In this document: one piece after another, positions 35,265-44,537 of the stretch | Layout of the letters: the number at the start of each line of letters is the position of its first letter | Numbering within the stretch: the first letter of the stretch is position 1 | NCBI GenBank assembly: GCA_023409795.1 | Contig: JAEYQX010000087.1 | Span: 284-64,283, forward strand | Source of the DNA: Pseudomonadota bacterium | Lineage (GTDB): Bacteria > Pseudomonadota > Alphaproteobacteria > Caulobacterales > Caulobacteraceae | Direction: 5' to 3' | Length of the DNA stretch: 64,000 bases | The notes under the pieces: model-generated | Told to the model about the DNA's origin: nothing | The model's database searches: none | Seen by the model: the letters and a program-made list of their open reading frames with translations, nothing else | Position numbers and translations under genes: made by a program

Positions 35265-36185
35265 TCAGTCCTCGGCCTCCCAGGCCCATTTGTGACCCCA
35301 GGCGCTGACAGCCATGCTGGTTGTCGGCACCCAGGTTTGCGGATCGATCACCAGACCGTTCCAGCCGTATTCGAGGTCGAAGCCGCCGGGCGTCTGCACA
35401 TAGAAGGACACCATCTTGTCGTTCACATGCTGGCCCAGGGTTGCGGAAATCGGGATGGCTCCCTTGCTCTTCAGGGCGCGGTCATAGGCGCGGCCCACAT
35501 CGGCCAGATTGGCCACTTCGAGCATGATGTGGACGGCACCGTTCGGGCTTTCCGGCATCTCGCCGATCGCCAGCGAATGGTGGCGCCCGTTGCGGGCATG
35601 CATGAAGGCAAAGCCCACGCCCGGATCGTCGCGCCCACCGCCTTGCAGATAGAATCGGCCCAGATCGGTGTCCCTGAAGCCCAGCACCTCCTTGTAGAAG
35701 GCGTGCACGGTTTCAAAGGTCGGGGCGGTCAGGACGAGGTGACCCATGCCCAGGTCACCGTTGTCACCGGTAACAAAGCCGCTGGTTCCGGCTTTCGAGC
35801 TGAACGGCACGTAGTCGTAGAAACGACCGTAGAAGAGTTCGAAGGCGTGGCCGTCCGGATCGCTTGAGCGCACGACCTCGTAGGCCATCCGGGCGCGGGC
35901 CTCCAGGACATCGACCTGTTCCACGGGACGGCCCGCTGCCTGCAGGGCGCTTACCGCCTGGTCGAAACTGGCCTTGTCAGCCAATTCCCATCCCGGTGCG
36001 ATGAAGCGATCCTGCAGGCCCTTCTGGATCCAGAAGCGGAAAGGGCGGTCGTCGATGCGGAACAGCATGACGTCCGGGTTATCCGACGGCTGCTCCATCA
36101 TGCCGAGGAAATCCACGGCGAAGGCCCGCCACCGATCCAGGTCGGTCGCCTCCACCACAATATACCCCAAAGAGCTAACGGCCAT
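35265..36185 (-). CDS. hsaC: Extradiol dioxygenase for 3,4-DHSA (HsaC/TesB-like)
   Basis: SLGY start; Fe ligands GHLVL, HIMLE, LEYG; RHHSLA; LGQHVND.MVSFY. Confidence 0.85.
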   Translation of the reverse strand: MAVSSLGYIVVEATDLDRWRAFAVDFLGMMEQPSDNPDVMLFRIDDRPFRFWIQKGLQDRFIAPGWELADKASFDQAVSALQAAGRPVEQVDVLEARARMAYEVVRSSDPDGHAFELFYGRFYDYVPFSSKAGTSGFVTGDNGDLGMGHLVLTAPTFETVHAFYKEVLGFRDTDLGRFYLQGGGRDDPGVGFAFMHARNGRHHSLAIGEMPESPNGAVHIMLEVANLADVGRAYDRALKSKGAIPISATLGQHVNDKMVSFYVQTPGGFDLEYGWNGLVIDPQTWVPTTSMAVSAWGHKWAWEAED

Positions 36186-36237
36186 CTGTCGGAACCTCCC
36201 CTGTGGCGACGCCTGAAAATTTGTCGCCTGTGCTCGC

Positions 36238-36285
36238 TTGACGATTTGCGTATCAATTAATATCGCTTTTTACGCAATATGAAAG
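36238..36285. promoter_or_regulatory. Phased operator pair (TTGCGTA-N18-TACGCAA) in the hsaC/hsaA divergent promoter
   Basis: TTGCGTA at 36246-36252 and TACGCAA at 36271-36277; same 18-nt gap as at 58645/58670. Confidence 0.6.
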
Positions 36286-36320
36286 TTATATCCGCTTTCG
36301 AGCAAAAGGATGCAAGTCAG

Positions 36321-37550
36321 ATGGTCGATATCTCTGCGCCTGTGGCGACCAAGGAATCTGGTGTGGGCGAGGCTGCGGCCCCGACGGCGGCAGAGCTGAT
36401 CGCACGGGCCCGCGCTCTGATCCCGGCCATCCGGTCACGCGCGGCACAATGCACGGCCGAGCGCCGGGTCCCGTCCGAGACGATCCGGGAGCTTCAGGAC
36501 GCTGGCCTCTTCAAGATTCTCCAGCCGAAGCGCTGGGGCGGTTATGAAATGGAGCCGAACGTCTTCTTCGAGGTGCAGAAGCTGCTGGCGCAGGGCTGCA
36601 TGTCGACGGGCTGGGTTTATGGCGTGGTCGGTGGCCACCCTTATGAACTGGCCCTGTTCCCGCATCAGGCACAGGTGGATGTGTGGGGCGAGGACAACAG
36701 CGTCCTGATCTCCTCGTCCTATCAGCCGGTCGGCAAGATCGAGCGGGTCGAGGGCGGCTACAGGCTGTCAGGCCACTGGGGCTTTTCGTCGGGTTCGGAA
36801 CACTGCAATTGGGTGCTGCTGGGGGCGATGATCCCGCCCGCCAATCCGGGCGATGCGCCGGACATGCGCACCTTCCTGGTGCCGCGCAGCGACTACCGTA
36901 TCGAGGATGCCTGGTACACCTTCGGACTTCAGGGCACCGGCAGCCAGGACATTGTTGTCGAAGGTGCCTTCGTGCCTGAGCATCGCACGCACAAGTCGGT
37001 TGACGGCTTCCTGTGCAACAATCCGGGGCAGGTCGAGAACGACGGCCCGCTGTATCGCCTGCCGTGGGCGCAGGTGTTCCTGCGTCTGGTCTCGACCTCG
37101 TGCCTTGGCGCGACGACGGCGGCTCTGGATGCGGCGACCGCCATCATGGAAAACCGCGTCTCGACCAATACCGGCAAGGCCTCCAAGGCCGATCCCGTGC
37201 TGCAGGGCGCGATTGCCCGCGGCCGCGCCGAGGTGGACGAGATGGAAACCGTCCTGCGCCGCAACATGGACCTGCTCTACAGCCGCTCGGTCGCGGGCGA
37301 GGAAGCCACTATGGAAGAGCGCGCGCGCTTCCGTTATCAGTCGGCTTCGGTGGCCCGTCGCTGTGCCGATATTGTCGATACGCTGCTGCCGCTGCTGGGC
37401 GGTCGCGCCATCTATATGCACAGCCCGCTGATCCAGCCGTGGCTGGACCTGAACGCGGCCCGCGCCCATGTCGCCAATGATCCGGGCAATATGGCCGGCG
37501 ATGTCATCGGCACCCGCGCCGGTCAGCCGCCCGCCTTCATGTTTATCTGA
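36321..37550 (+). CDS. hsaA: Flavin-dependent 3-HSA 4-hydroxylase oxygenase subunit (HsaA/TesA2-like)
   Basis: ACAD-fold monooxygenase; LQPKRWGG.E, ISSSY.P, W.FSSGSEHC.W, GL.GTGS, ARAHVAN. Confidence 0.85.
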   Translation: MVDISAPVATKESGVGEAAAPTAAELIARARALIPAIRSRAAQCTAERRVPSETIRELQDAGLFKILQPKRWGGYEMEPNVFFEVQKLLAQGCMSTGWVYGVVGGHPYELALFPHQAQVDVWGEDNSVLISSSYQPVGKIERVEGGYRLSGHWGFSSGSEHCNWVLLGAMIPPANPGDAPDMRTFLVPRSDYRIEDAWYTFGLQGTGSQDIVVEGAFVPEHRTHKSVDGFLCNNPGQVENDGPLYRLPWAQVFLRLVSTSCLGATTAALDAATAIMENRVSTNTGKASKADPVLQGAIARGRAEVDEMETVLRRNMDLLYSRSVAGEEATMEERARFRYQSASVARRCADIVDTLLPLLGGRAIYMHSPLIQPWLDLNAARAHVANDPGNMAGDVIGTRAGQPPAFMFI

Positions 37551-37558
37551 GGCCGGCC

Positions 37559-38377
37559 ATGACCCGAGCAGCCAGTACCCGCGCCGTTCATCGCGTCAGC
37601 GGCGGCCATGATATCTGCATCCAGGAAGCCGGTTCGGGTCCTGCCGTGGTGTTCATCCACGGCAGTGGGCCGGGTGCATCGGGGCTGTCGAACTTCCGCC
37701 AGAACGTCGATGCCTTCGTTGAGGCCGGTTTCCGCGTCATCCTGCCGGACATGATCGGTTATGGCGCGTCGTCGAAGCCCGAGGGCATCGACTATACGCT
37801 GCACCTGTTTACCGACACGCTTTACGAAGCGCTGAAGGCCCACGGCATCGAAAAGGCCACGCTGGTCGGCAACTCGCTGGGTGGTGGCGTCGCGATACAG
37901 ATCGCCTTGAATGATCCGGCCTTCGTCGATCGTCTGGTCCTGATGTCGCCGGGCTGTATCGAGGAACTGCCGGTCTATTTTGCCATGCCGGGCATTGCCA
38001 ATATGCGCAGCGCTTTCGGCAGTCCCGAGTTCAGCATCGCGGACCAGCGCCGACTGGCCGAAAGCCTCGTTTTTGACCCGGTGCACGTCACCAATTCCCT
38101 GGTCGAGGAACGCTTTGCCGTGGCCACGCGGCAGCCCAAGGATGTGCTGGCCCGGATGAAGACGCACAATCTGCGTGACCGCCTGCACGAACTGAAGATG
38201 CCCATCCTCGGCTACTGGGGTTTCAACGACCAGTTCATGCCCCTGAGCGGCATCGACTACTTCCTGGCCGATTGCGAGGACGCCCGTTTCGTCACCTTCA
38301 ACAAGGTCGGCCACTGGGTCCAGGTCGAGCGCGCCGAAGAGTTCAACCGTTATACGCTGGAGTTTCTGCGTGGGTGA
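37559..38377 (+). CDS. hsaD: Meta-cleavage product (4,9-DSHA) hydrolase
   Basis: HGSGPGASG, GNSLGG nucleophile, GHWVQVE. Confidence 0.85.
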   Translation: MTRAASTRAVHRVSGGHDICIQEAGSGPAVVFIHGSGPGASGLSNFRQNVDAFVEAGFRVILPDMIGYGASSKPEGIDYTLHLFTDTLYEALKAHGIEKATLVGNSLGGGVAIQIALNDPAFVDRLVLMSPGCIEELPVYFAMPGIANMRSAFGSPEFSIADQRRLAESLVFDPVHVTNSLVEERFAVATRQPKDVLARMKTHNLRDRLHELKMPILGYWGFNDQFMPLSGIDYFLADCEDARFVTFNKVGHWVQVERAEEFNRYTLEFLRG

Positions 38378-38861
38378 ACCGGCGATGACACAGGACCTGT
38401 CGGCGGGGCTGAGGGATGCCATGCGCCGTCTGGCCTCGGCCGTGGCCGTGGTGTCGGGACGCAGCCGTGATGGCGGTGCGGTCGGCATGGCGGCAACGTC
38501 CGTCACCTCCCTGTCGATGTCGCCGCCGTCGCTGCTGGTGTGCATCAACCGGCAGGCGGGACTGCATGCCAGCATGTTCATCGGCGCGCGTTTCAACGTG
38601 AACCTGCTGGGCGTCCAGCATCGCGAGGTGGCCAATGCCTTTGGCGGCTCCATGGCCCGCGAGCTGCGCTTTGGCGTCGGCCAGTGGGCCGATGATGTGC
38701 AGGGACTTCCGGCCCTGTCGGACGCCCAGGCGGTGGTCGGCTGCGAAGTGGACCGCATCGTCACCTATGGCACCCATTCGATTGTCGTGGGTGCCGTGCG
38801 CGAGGTGCGCGTCTGCGGTGAATGCCAGCCTCTGATCTATCAGGACGGACGTTATCTATGA
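38370..38861 (+). CDS. hsaB: Flavin reductase (HsaB/TesA1-like)
   Basis: GMAATSVTSLSM.PPSLLVC and GTHSIVVG; start may be 38385. Confidence 0.8.
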   Translation: MGEPAMTQDLSAGLRDAMRRLASAVAVVSGRSRDGGAVGMAATSVTSLSMSPPSLLVCINRQAGLHASMFIGARFNVNLLGVQHREVANAFGGSMARELRFGVGQWADDVQGLPALSDAQAVVGCEVDRIVTYGTHSIVVGAVREVRVCGECQPLIYQDGRYL

Positions 38862-39634
38862 GCCGGCATCAGGATTTTGCCGAACAACTGCACGCGGCCC
38901 TGCGCGGGGGGCGCGTGATCGCGCCGCTGATCGAACAGGACCCTTCGCTGACCATCGATGATGCCTATGCCATCTCGCTGGAAGTGCTGAAGCGCCGCAC
39001 GGCCGAGGGTGAAAAGGTCATCGGCAAGAAGATCGGCGTCACCTCCAGGGTGGTGCAGGACATGCTGGGCGTGGACCAGCCGGACTTCGGCTTCATGACC
39101 GACCGCATGTATGTCGAGGGTGACATCGACATTGCGGCCCACAAGCTGATCGCGCCGCGCGCCGAGGCGGAAATCGCCTTTGTGCTGAAATCGCCCCTGA
39201 AAGGTCCGGGCGTGACCGAGGCTGATGTTCTGGCCGCGACCGGCAAGGTCGTTGCCTGTTTCGAGATCGTCGACAGCCGCATCCGCGACTGGAAGATCGG
39301 CATCGTCGATACGGTGGCCGACAATGCCTCGTGCGGGGTGTTTGTGCTGGGCGACGAACACGATGATCCGGCGGCGCTGGACCTACCGAACCTCAAGGTG
39401 ATGGTGAAGAAGAACGGGGCCTTCCTGTCCGAAGGTTTCGGTTCGGCCGTACAGGGGTCGCCGCTGACGGCGGTGGCATGGCTGGCCAATACGCTGGGCC
39501 GATACGGCGTCACGCTGGATGCGGGCGATGTGATCCTGTCGGGATCGCTGGTGCCGCTGGCCGATGCGGTCGCCGGTGATGAATTCGAGATGGAACTGGA
39601 CGGAGTGGGGCGCTGTGTCGCCCGCTTCCGCTAG
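38858..39634 (+). CDS. hsaE: 2-hydroxyhexa-2,4-dienoate hydratase
   Basis: GKKIGVTS, QPDFG, EAEIAF, EIVDSRI, DTVADNAS. Confidence 0.88.
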   Translation: MSRHQDFAEQLHAALRGGRVIAPLIEQDPSLTIDDAYAISLEVLKRRTAEGEKVIGKKIGVTSRVVQDMLGVDQPDFGFMTDRMYVEGDIDIAAHKLIAPRAEAEIAFVLKSPLKGPGVTEADVLAATGKVVACFEIVDSRIRDWKIGIVDTVADNASCGVFVLGDEHDDPAALDLPNLKVMVKKNGAFLSEGFGSAVQGSPLTAVAWLANTLGRYGVTLDAGDVILSGSLVPLADAVAGDEFEMELDGVGRCVARFR

Positions 39635-39658
39635 GGGCACGAGCCCGAGGGGATAGTG

Positions 39659-40597
39659 ATGAGCAGAGTAAAGTGCGCGATCATCGGATCGGGTAATATC
39701 GGCACGGATCTGATGGAAAAGCTGATCCGCTATCCGAAGAATCTGGAACTGGCAGCGGTGGTCGGTGTCGATCCCGCGTCCGAAGGTCTGGCCCGCGCGC
39801 GCGCGCATGGCGTGTTCGCCACCCATGAAGGTCTGGCCGGCCTGGTGGCATCGGATGTCTATGCCGAGATCGGTGTCGTGTTCGACGCCACCTCGGCTTA
39901 TGCCCACAAGGACCACGACGCCCGTCTGCGTGCCGATGGCAAGCTGGTGGTCGATCTGACGCCTGCGGCCATCGGTCCCTTTGTGGTTCCGGCGGTGAAC
40001 GGGGACGAGAACCTCGACAGCGGCAACGTCAACATGGTGACCTGCGGCGGTCAGGCCACCATTCCGATGGTGGCGGCAGTCAGCCAGGTCGCCAATGTGC
40101 GTTATGCCGAGATCATCGCCTCGGTGTCGTCGCGTTCGGCAGGGCCGGGCACGCGCGCCAATATCGACGAGTTCACCCGCACGACCGCCCGCGCCATCGA
40201 AAAGGTTGGCGGTGCCGAGCAGGGCAAGGCCATCATCATCCTGAACCCTGCCGAACCGCCCATGATCATGCGCGACACGGTGTTCACCCTGTCGGACGGC
40301 GCGGACGAGGATGCGATCCGCGCCTCTGTCGAGGCCATGCTCGCCAAGGTCAGCGCCTATGTTCCGGGCTATCGCCTGAAGCAGCAGGTGCAGTTCGAAC
40401 GCTTCGGCGACAACAATCCGCTGACCATTCCGGGCCGGGGCCAGTTCAAGGGCATCAAGACCTCCATCTTCCTCGAAGTGGAAGGGGCAGGGGACTATCT
40501 GCCGCCCTATGCCGGCAATCTCGACATCATGACTGCGGCCGCCAAGGCCACGGGCGAACTCCTGGCCGCCCGCCGCCAAGAGAAGGAGGCCGCATAA
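39659..40597 (+). CDS. hsaG: Acylating acetaldehyde/propanal dehydrogenase
   Basis: [34 protein letters not shown]. Confidence 0.92.
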   Translation: MSRVKCAIIGSGNIGTDLMEKLIRYPKNLELAAVVGVDPASEGLARARAHGVFATHEGLAGLVASDVYAEIGVVFDATSAYAHKDHDARLRADGKLVVDLTPAAIGPFVVPAVNGDENLDSGNVNMVTCGGQATIPMVAAVSQVANVRYAEIIASVSSRSAGPGTRANIDEFTRTTARAIEKVGGAEQGKAIIILNPAEPPMIMRDTVFTLSDGADEDAIRASVEAMLAKVSAYVPGYRLKQQVQFERFGDNNPLTIPGRGQFKGIKTSIFLEVEGAGDYLPPYAGNLDIMTAAAKATGELLAARRQEKEAA

Positions 40598-41631
40598 TGG
40601 GCTTCGATGTGACCAAGGACCGCCTGTATATCCAGGACGTGACCCTGCGCGACGGCATGCACGCCATCCGTCACATGTATGGTCTGGATCAGGTGCGCGA
40701 CATCGCCCGCGCCCTGGACCGGGCCGGTGTTTCCGCCATCGAGGTCGCCCACGGCGACGGCCTGTCGGGGGCCAGCTTCAACTATGGCTTCGGGGCGCAC
40801 ACCGACTGGGAATGGCTGGAAGCCGTTGCCGAAGTGCTGGAAAAATCGGTTCTGACCACCCTGATCCTGCCGGGTGTCGGCACGGTCGAGGAACTGAAAC
40901 GCGCCTATGATATCGGTGTGCGTTCGGTCCGCGTGGCCACCCTCTGCACTGAAGCCGACGTGTCCAGGCAGCACATCGGCATCGCCCGCGATCTGGGTAT
41001 GGACGTCTCGGGCTTCCTGATGATGAGCCACATGATCGAGCCGGACGCCTTGGCCCAGCAGGCGCTGCTGATGGAATCCTATGGGGCCCAGTGCGTCTAT
41101 GTGACCGACAGTGGCGGTGCGCTGGACATGGACGGCGTCAAGGCCCGCTTCGAAGCTTATGACCGTGTGCTGAAGCCGGAAACCGAGCGCGGCATCCATG
41201 CCCACCACAACCTGTCGCTGGGCGTGGCCAATTCGATCGTGGCGGCCCAGTGCGGTGCCGTTCGCATCGACGCCAGCCTGACGGGCATGGGCGCAGGGGC
41301 CGGCAATGCGCCGCTGGAAGTCTTCATCGCCGCCGCTGACCGCAAGGGCTGGAACCACGGTTGCGACGTCAGCGCCCTGATCGACGCGGCCGAGGACATC
41401 GTGCGCCCGCTCCAGGACCGGCCTGTCCGCGTGGACCGCGAGACCCTGAGCCTCGGCTATGCGGGGGTCTATTCGTCCTTCCTGCGCCACGCCGAAAAGG
41501 CCGCCGAAGACTATGGTTTGTCCACGAAGGACATCCTCGTCGAACTGGGCCGCCGCCGCATGGTGGGCGGTCAGGAAGACATGATCGTCGATGTGGCCCT
41601 GGATATGCTCAAGGCCCGGGAAACGGCCTGA
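40597..41631 (+). CDS. hsaF: 4-hydroxy-2-oxovalerate/hexanoate aldolase
   Basis: [31 protein letters not shown]. Confidence 0.92.
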   Translation: MGFDVTKDRLYIQDVTLRDGMHAIRHMYGLDQVRDIARALDRAGVSAIEVAHGDGLSGASFNYGFGAHTDWEWLEAVAEVLEKSVLTTLILPGVGTVEELKRAYDIGVRSVRVATLCTEADVSRQHIGIARDLGMDVSGFLMMSHMIEPDALAQQALLMESYGAQCVYVTDSGGALDMDGVKARFEAYDRVLKPETERGIHAHHNLSLGVANSIVAAQCGAVRIDASLTGMGAGAGNAPLEVFIAAADRKGWNHGCDVSALIDAAEDIVRPLQDRPVRVDRETLSLGYAGVYSSFLRHAEKAAEDYGLSTKDILVELGRRRMVGGQEDMIVDVALDMLKARETA

Positions 41632-41634
41632 TCC

Positions 41635-42426
41635 ATGAGGCTGGCGCTTGACCATCTGACGGTCGGGGATGCAGCGCCCTGGCGGCTGGTTGAGGTCGCT
41701 GCCGACGCAGGCTATTCAGCCGCCTGCCTTTTCCTGCATGGCATGACCGTCCTGCCCTGCCTGCCGGCCTATTCCCTGCTGGATGACGCCCGGGCCCTGG
41801 CCCGCACCCAGCAAGCCCTTGAGCGCACCGGGCTGGCGGTTGACCTGGTCTATCCCTTCACCCTGACCAGCCGTACCCGTCCCGAAGCGTTCAGTTGGGC
41901 TCTCCAGGTCGCAGCCGAGCTTGGAGCCCACGGCGTCAATCTTCTGGCCTATGACCGCGACCCGGCTCGGTGCCAGGATCAGCTGGGGGCGGTGGCCGAC
42001 ATGGCTTCAGGCTTGGGTCTGCAAACCTTCCTGGAATTCTACCCGCAATCGGCAATCAAGGGCTTGGGGGAGGCGGCGGCCATGGTCCGGGCGGTTGGCC
42101 GGACCAATCTGAAGATCAATGTCGATATCCTGCATCTGTATCGCTCGGACAGCGCCATTGATGACCTGCCCGCCGCCGCCGACTGTATCGGCTATGCCCA
42201 GATTGCCGATGGACCGGTCAGCTTCTCGGGGAACCGCGACCGCGAGGCGGCCAGCCAGCGCGCCTTGCCCGGCGAGGGGCAGTTCGACATGGCGGGTTTC
42301 CTGGCGGCCCTGCCCAATGGCACCCGCATAAGCGTCGAAGCGCCGGATGACGACGCCATCCTGGGTGGCGTTTCGGACATCGCCCGCGCCCGCCGGGCCT
42401 GGAAGCGGGCCTCGGCCGTCCTCTGA
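41635..42426 (+). CDS. Sugar-phosphate isomerase/epimerase (xylose isomerase-like TIM barrel)
   Basis: LEF, VDILHL, QIADG, R.LPGEG, SVEAP metal-site pattern. Confidence 0.78.
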   Translation: MRLALDHLTVGDAAPWRLVEVAADAGYSAACLFLHGMTVLPCLPAYSLLDDARALARTQQALERTGLAVDLVYPFTLTSRTRPEAFSWALQVAAELGAHGVNLLAYDRDPARCQDQLGAVADMASGLGLQTFLEFYPQSAIKGLGEAAAMVRAVGRTNLKINVDILHLYRSDSAIDDLPAAADCIGYAQIADGPVSFSGNRDREAASQRALPGEGQFDMAGFLAALPNGTRISVEAPDDDAILGGVSDIARARRAWKRASAVL

Positions 42427-42643
42427 TACGCTAAGCCGTTCTACTCACCGCCCAGGATACGGCCAAAGGATGCAGCTTCAGCCGTATCCGGGCGATGCAG
42501 GGTCTCCGATCAGGAGACCCTTTCCCTCCACACGAGACTGGCGCGCTCGTAAGGGTAGGGAAGGTTTTCATGTCCTGACCGTTCGGCCAGGACATGATGA
42601 GGCCTGTCGGGCTGGGCCGAAAGCGCCGCAGTTTTCCCGGTCG

Positions 42644-43615
42644 TCATGAGGTCTTCAGGCGAGCCAGCTCATCGGCAGTCAGACGGATCGATGCGGCCTT
42701 CAGGCTTTCCTCGACCTGGGTGACACTGGAGGCCCCGATGATGGGCACGGTCTGCAGGGGCTGGTTGACCAGATAGGCCAGCACCAGATCATTGATGCTG
42801 ATGCCCTTGGCTCCGGCCATTTCCTTCAGGACCGGCAAGCGCGCGCGGTTGGCGTCGTTCAGGTACATAGCCTTGAGGTCATCGCGCAGAGCCTCTTCGC
42901 CATCCTGGGCCAGCTTGGTGAAGACACCGCGGCTTTGCCCGGCATAGGGCACCATCGGCAGGCCACCCGCATGGACCGGCTGCAGACCATCCTCATAATA
43001 GAAGCCATAGCCGGCGGCCGCTGCACCTTCGGCGTTCGGAACTGCCAGGCCCCAGAAGGGCTGGATGGCGGCAAAACCGGCATGACCAACCGATCGGGCA
43101 TAGGCCTGCGCCTCGTCAATGCGGGCGGGTGTCCAGTTGGAGGCACCGAAGTAGCGGATACGGCCGGCCTTCTGGTGCTCGATCAGGGCGTCGATGATGG
43201 TCTGGACCGACACAGCGGGATTGTCGGCGTGCAGCCAATAGAGGTCGATCGTCTCAATGCCGAGGTGCTCAAGGCTTTCGCCCAGGTCAGAGGTGATGTC
43301 CTCGGGCGTGACGCGAGGACGCCAGTCACCGACGCGCATGTCGAAGAAGCCGCCCTTGGTAGCGATGACCAGGTCTGCACGGTTGCGGGTTTTCAGCCAG
43401 GCCCCAATTGCGCGCTCACTCGCACCCTTGGGGGCATCGGGAATCCAGTCGCCATAGGAACGGGCGGTGTCGATGAAGTTGCCCCCGCCCGCAACGAAGG
43501 CATCGAGCAGACTGTCGGACTTGGCCTGGTCATAGGCCGTGCCGAACATATTGGTGCCCAGGCACAGGGCGCTGACCTTGAGCGTGGTCTGGCCCAGTTG
43601 ATGATGATCGAGCAT
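42644..43615 (-). CDS. Aldo/keto reductase
   Basis: LCLGT, GNFIDTARSYG, IATKG, IDLYWLH, GASN, PIIGAS. Confidence 0.9.
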   Translation of the reverse strand: MLDHHQLGQTTLKVSALCLGTNMFGTAYDQAKSDSLLDAFVAGGGNFIDTARSYGDWIPDAPKGASERAIGAWLKTRNRADLVIATKGGFFDMRVGDWRPRVTPEDITSDLGESLEHLGIETIDLYWLHADNPAVSVQTIIDALIEHQKAGRIRYFGASNWTPARIDEAQAYARSVGHAGFAAIQPFWGLAVPNAEGAAAAGYGFYYEDGLQPVHAGGLPMVPYAGQSRGVFTKLAQDGEEALRDDLKAMYLNDANRARLPVLKEMAGAKGISINDLVLAYLVNQPLQTVPIIGASSVTQVEESLKAASIRLTADELARLKTS

Positions 43616-43627
43616 GTTGTCTCCGTC

Positions 43628-44536
43628 TCAGGCGTCGAGGCGAGGGGTTTGGACGCCGGCCAGACGGCAGGCGTATTCGAGAAGGGCGGAATAGTCCTTG
43701 TCGTGCAGGTCACTGGCGCGCGCCGCGCCGAACACCGCGTGCGCAGCCGACCCTACAGGCAGGCCAATGCGATTTTCAGCCGCCGCATTGATGGCCAGGC
43801 TCATGTCCTTGAAGGCGAGGTCGATTGTGAAGCCGGGCGCGAGATCGCCATTTAGCACCTTGGTCGCCAGGGCAATCTGGAACTGACCATTATTGGCCGT
43901 GGTCGAGCCGGTAACACTCTTCATGGTGTCGATATCGAGGCCCAGTTTGGTGCCCAGGGCAATGGCCTCGGACACGACCTGGGCCGTGGTCAGCAGCATG
44001 AAGTTATTGATGACCTTCATGCGTTGGCCCATGCCTGCGGGACCGCAGCGGTGGATGGCCGTGCCCATGGCGTTCAGCAGGGGTTCGACTGCGGCGAAGG
44101 TCTCGTCGTCGCCGCCCACCATGAACAGGCTCTCGCCGCGCTCGGCATGGGACACCAGGCGACCAACGGGCGTGTCGATGAAGCGGATGCCCTTTTCGGC
44201 GCAGGCGCTGGCCAGGCGATCCGTGCCCTTGGGGTCGATGGTGCTCATGTCCATCAGCACCTTGCCCGAGCGCAGCACCGAAAGAACGCCCTGGTCACCC
44301 AGGACCACAGCTTCAACATGAGCTGTGGCGGGCAGCATGGTGATGACAATGTCAGCCTGGGCCGAGGCTTCGGTGATCGAGCCGGCCGAGGTCGCGCCCA
44401 GGGCAACCAGCCGGGCGATCTTTTCGGCATCGATGTCATAGGCCACGACCTGAAAGCCCTTGCGCACCAGGTTCGATGCCATGGGCAGGCCCATGGCCCC
44501 CAAGCCGATAAAACCGATCTTGCGTGTATCGCTCAT
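43628..44536 (-). CDS. NAD(P)-dependent beta-hydroxyacid dehydrogenase, YihU (sulfolactaldehyde reductase)-like
   Basis: GFIGLGAMG, DMSTI, catalytic K in KVINN; DTPVGRL in place of the usual DAPVSGG. Confidence 0.8.
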   Translation of the reverse strand: MSDTRKIGFIGLGAMGLPMASNLVRKGFQVVAYDIDAEKIARLVALGATSAGSITEASAQADIVITMLPATAHVEAVVLGDQGVLSVLRSGKVLMDMSTIDPKGTDRLASACAEKGIRFIDTPVGRLVSHAERGESLFMVGGDDETFAAVEPLLNAMGTAIHRCGPAGMGQRMKVINNFMLLTTAQVVSEAIALGTKLGLDIDTMKSVTGSTTANNGQFQIALATKVLNGDLAPGFTIDLAFKDMSLAINAAAENRIGLPVGSAAHAVFGAARASDLHDKDYSALLEYACRLAGVQTPRLDA

Positions 44537-44537
44537 C

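Noticed and set aside
36257..36271. CtrA box (TTAA-N7-TTAA)
   Set aside because: The second half reads TTTT; not a match.
42563..42630. Active hammerhead ribozyme (TGATGA-stem-GAAA)
   Set aside because: The core reads ATGATGA rather than CTGATGA, and no convincing stem III with a UH cleavage site can be built; kept only as part of the structured-region finding.
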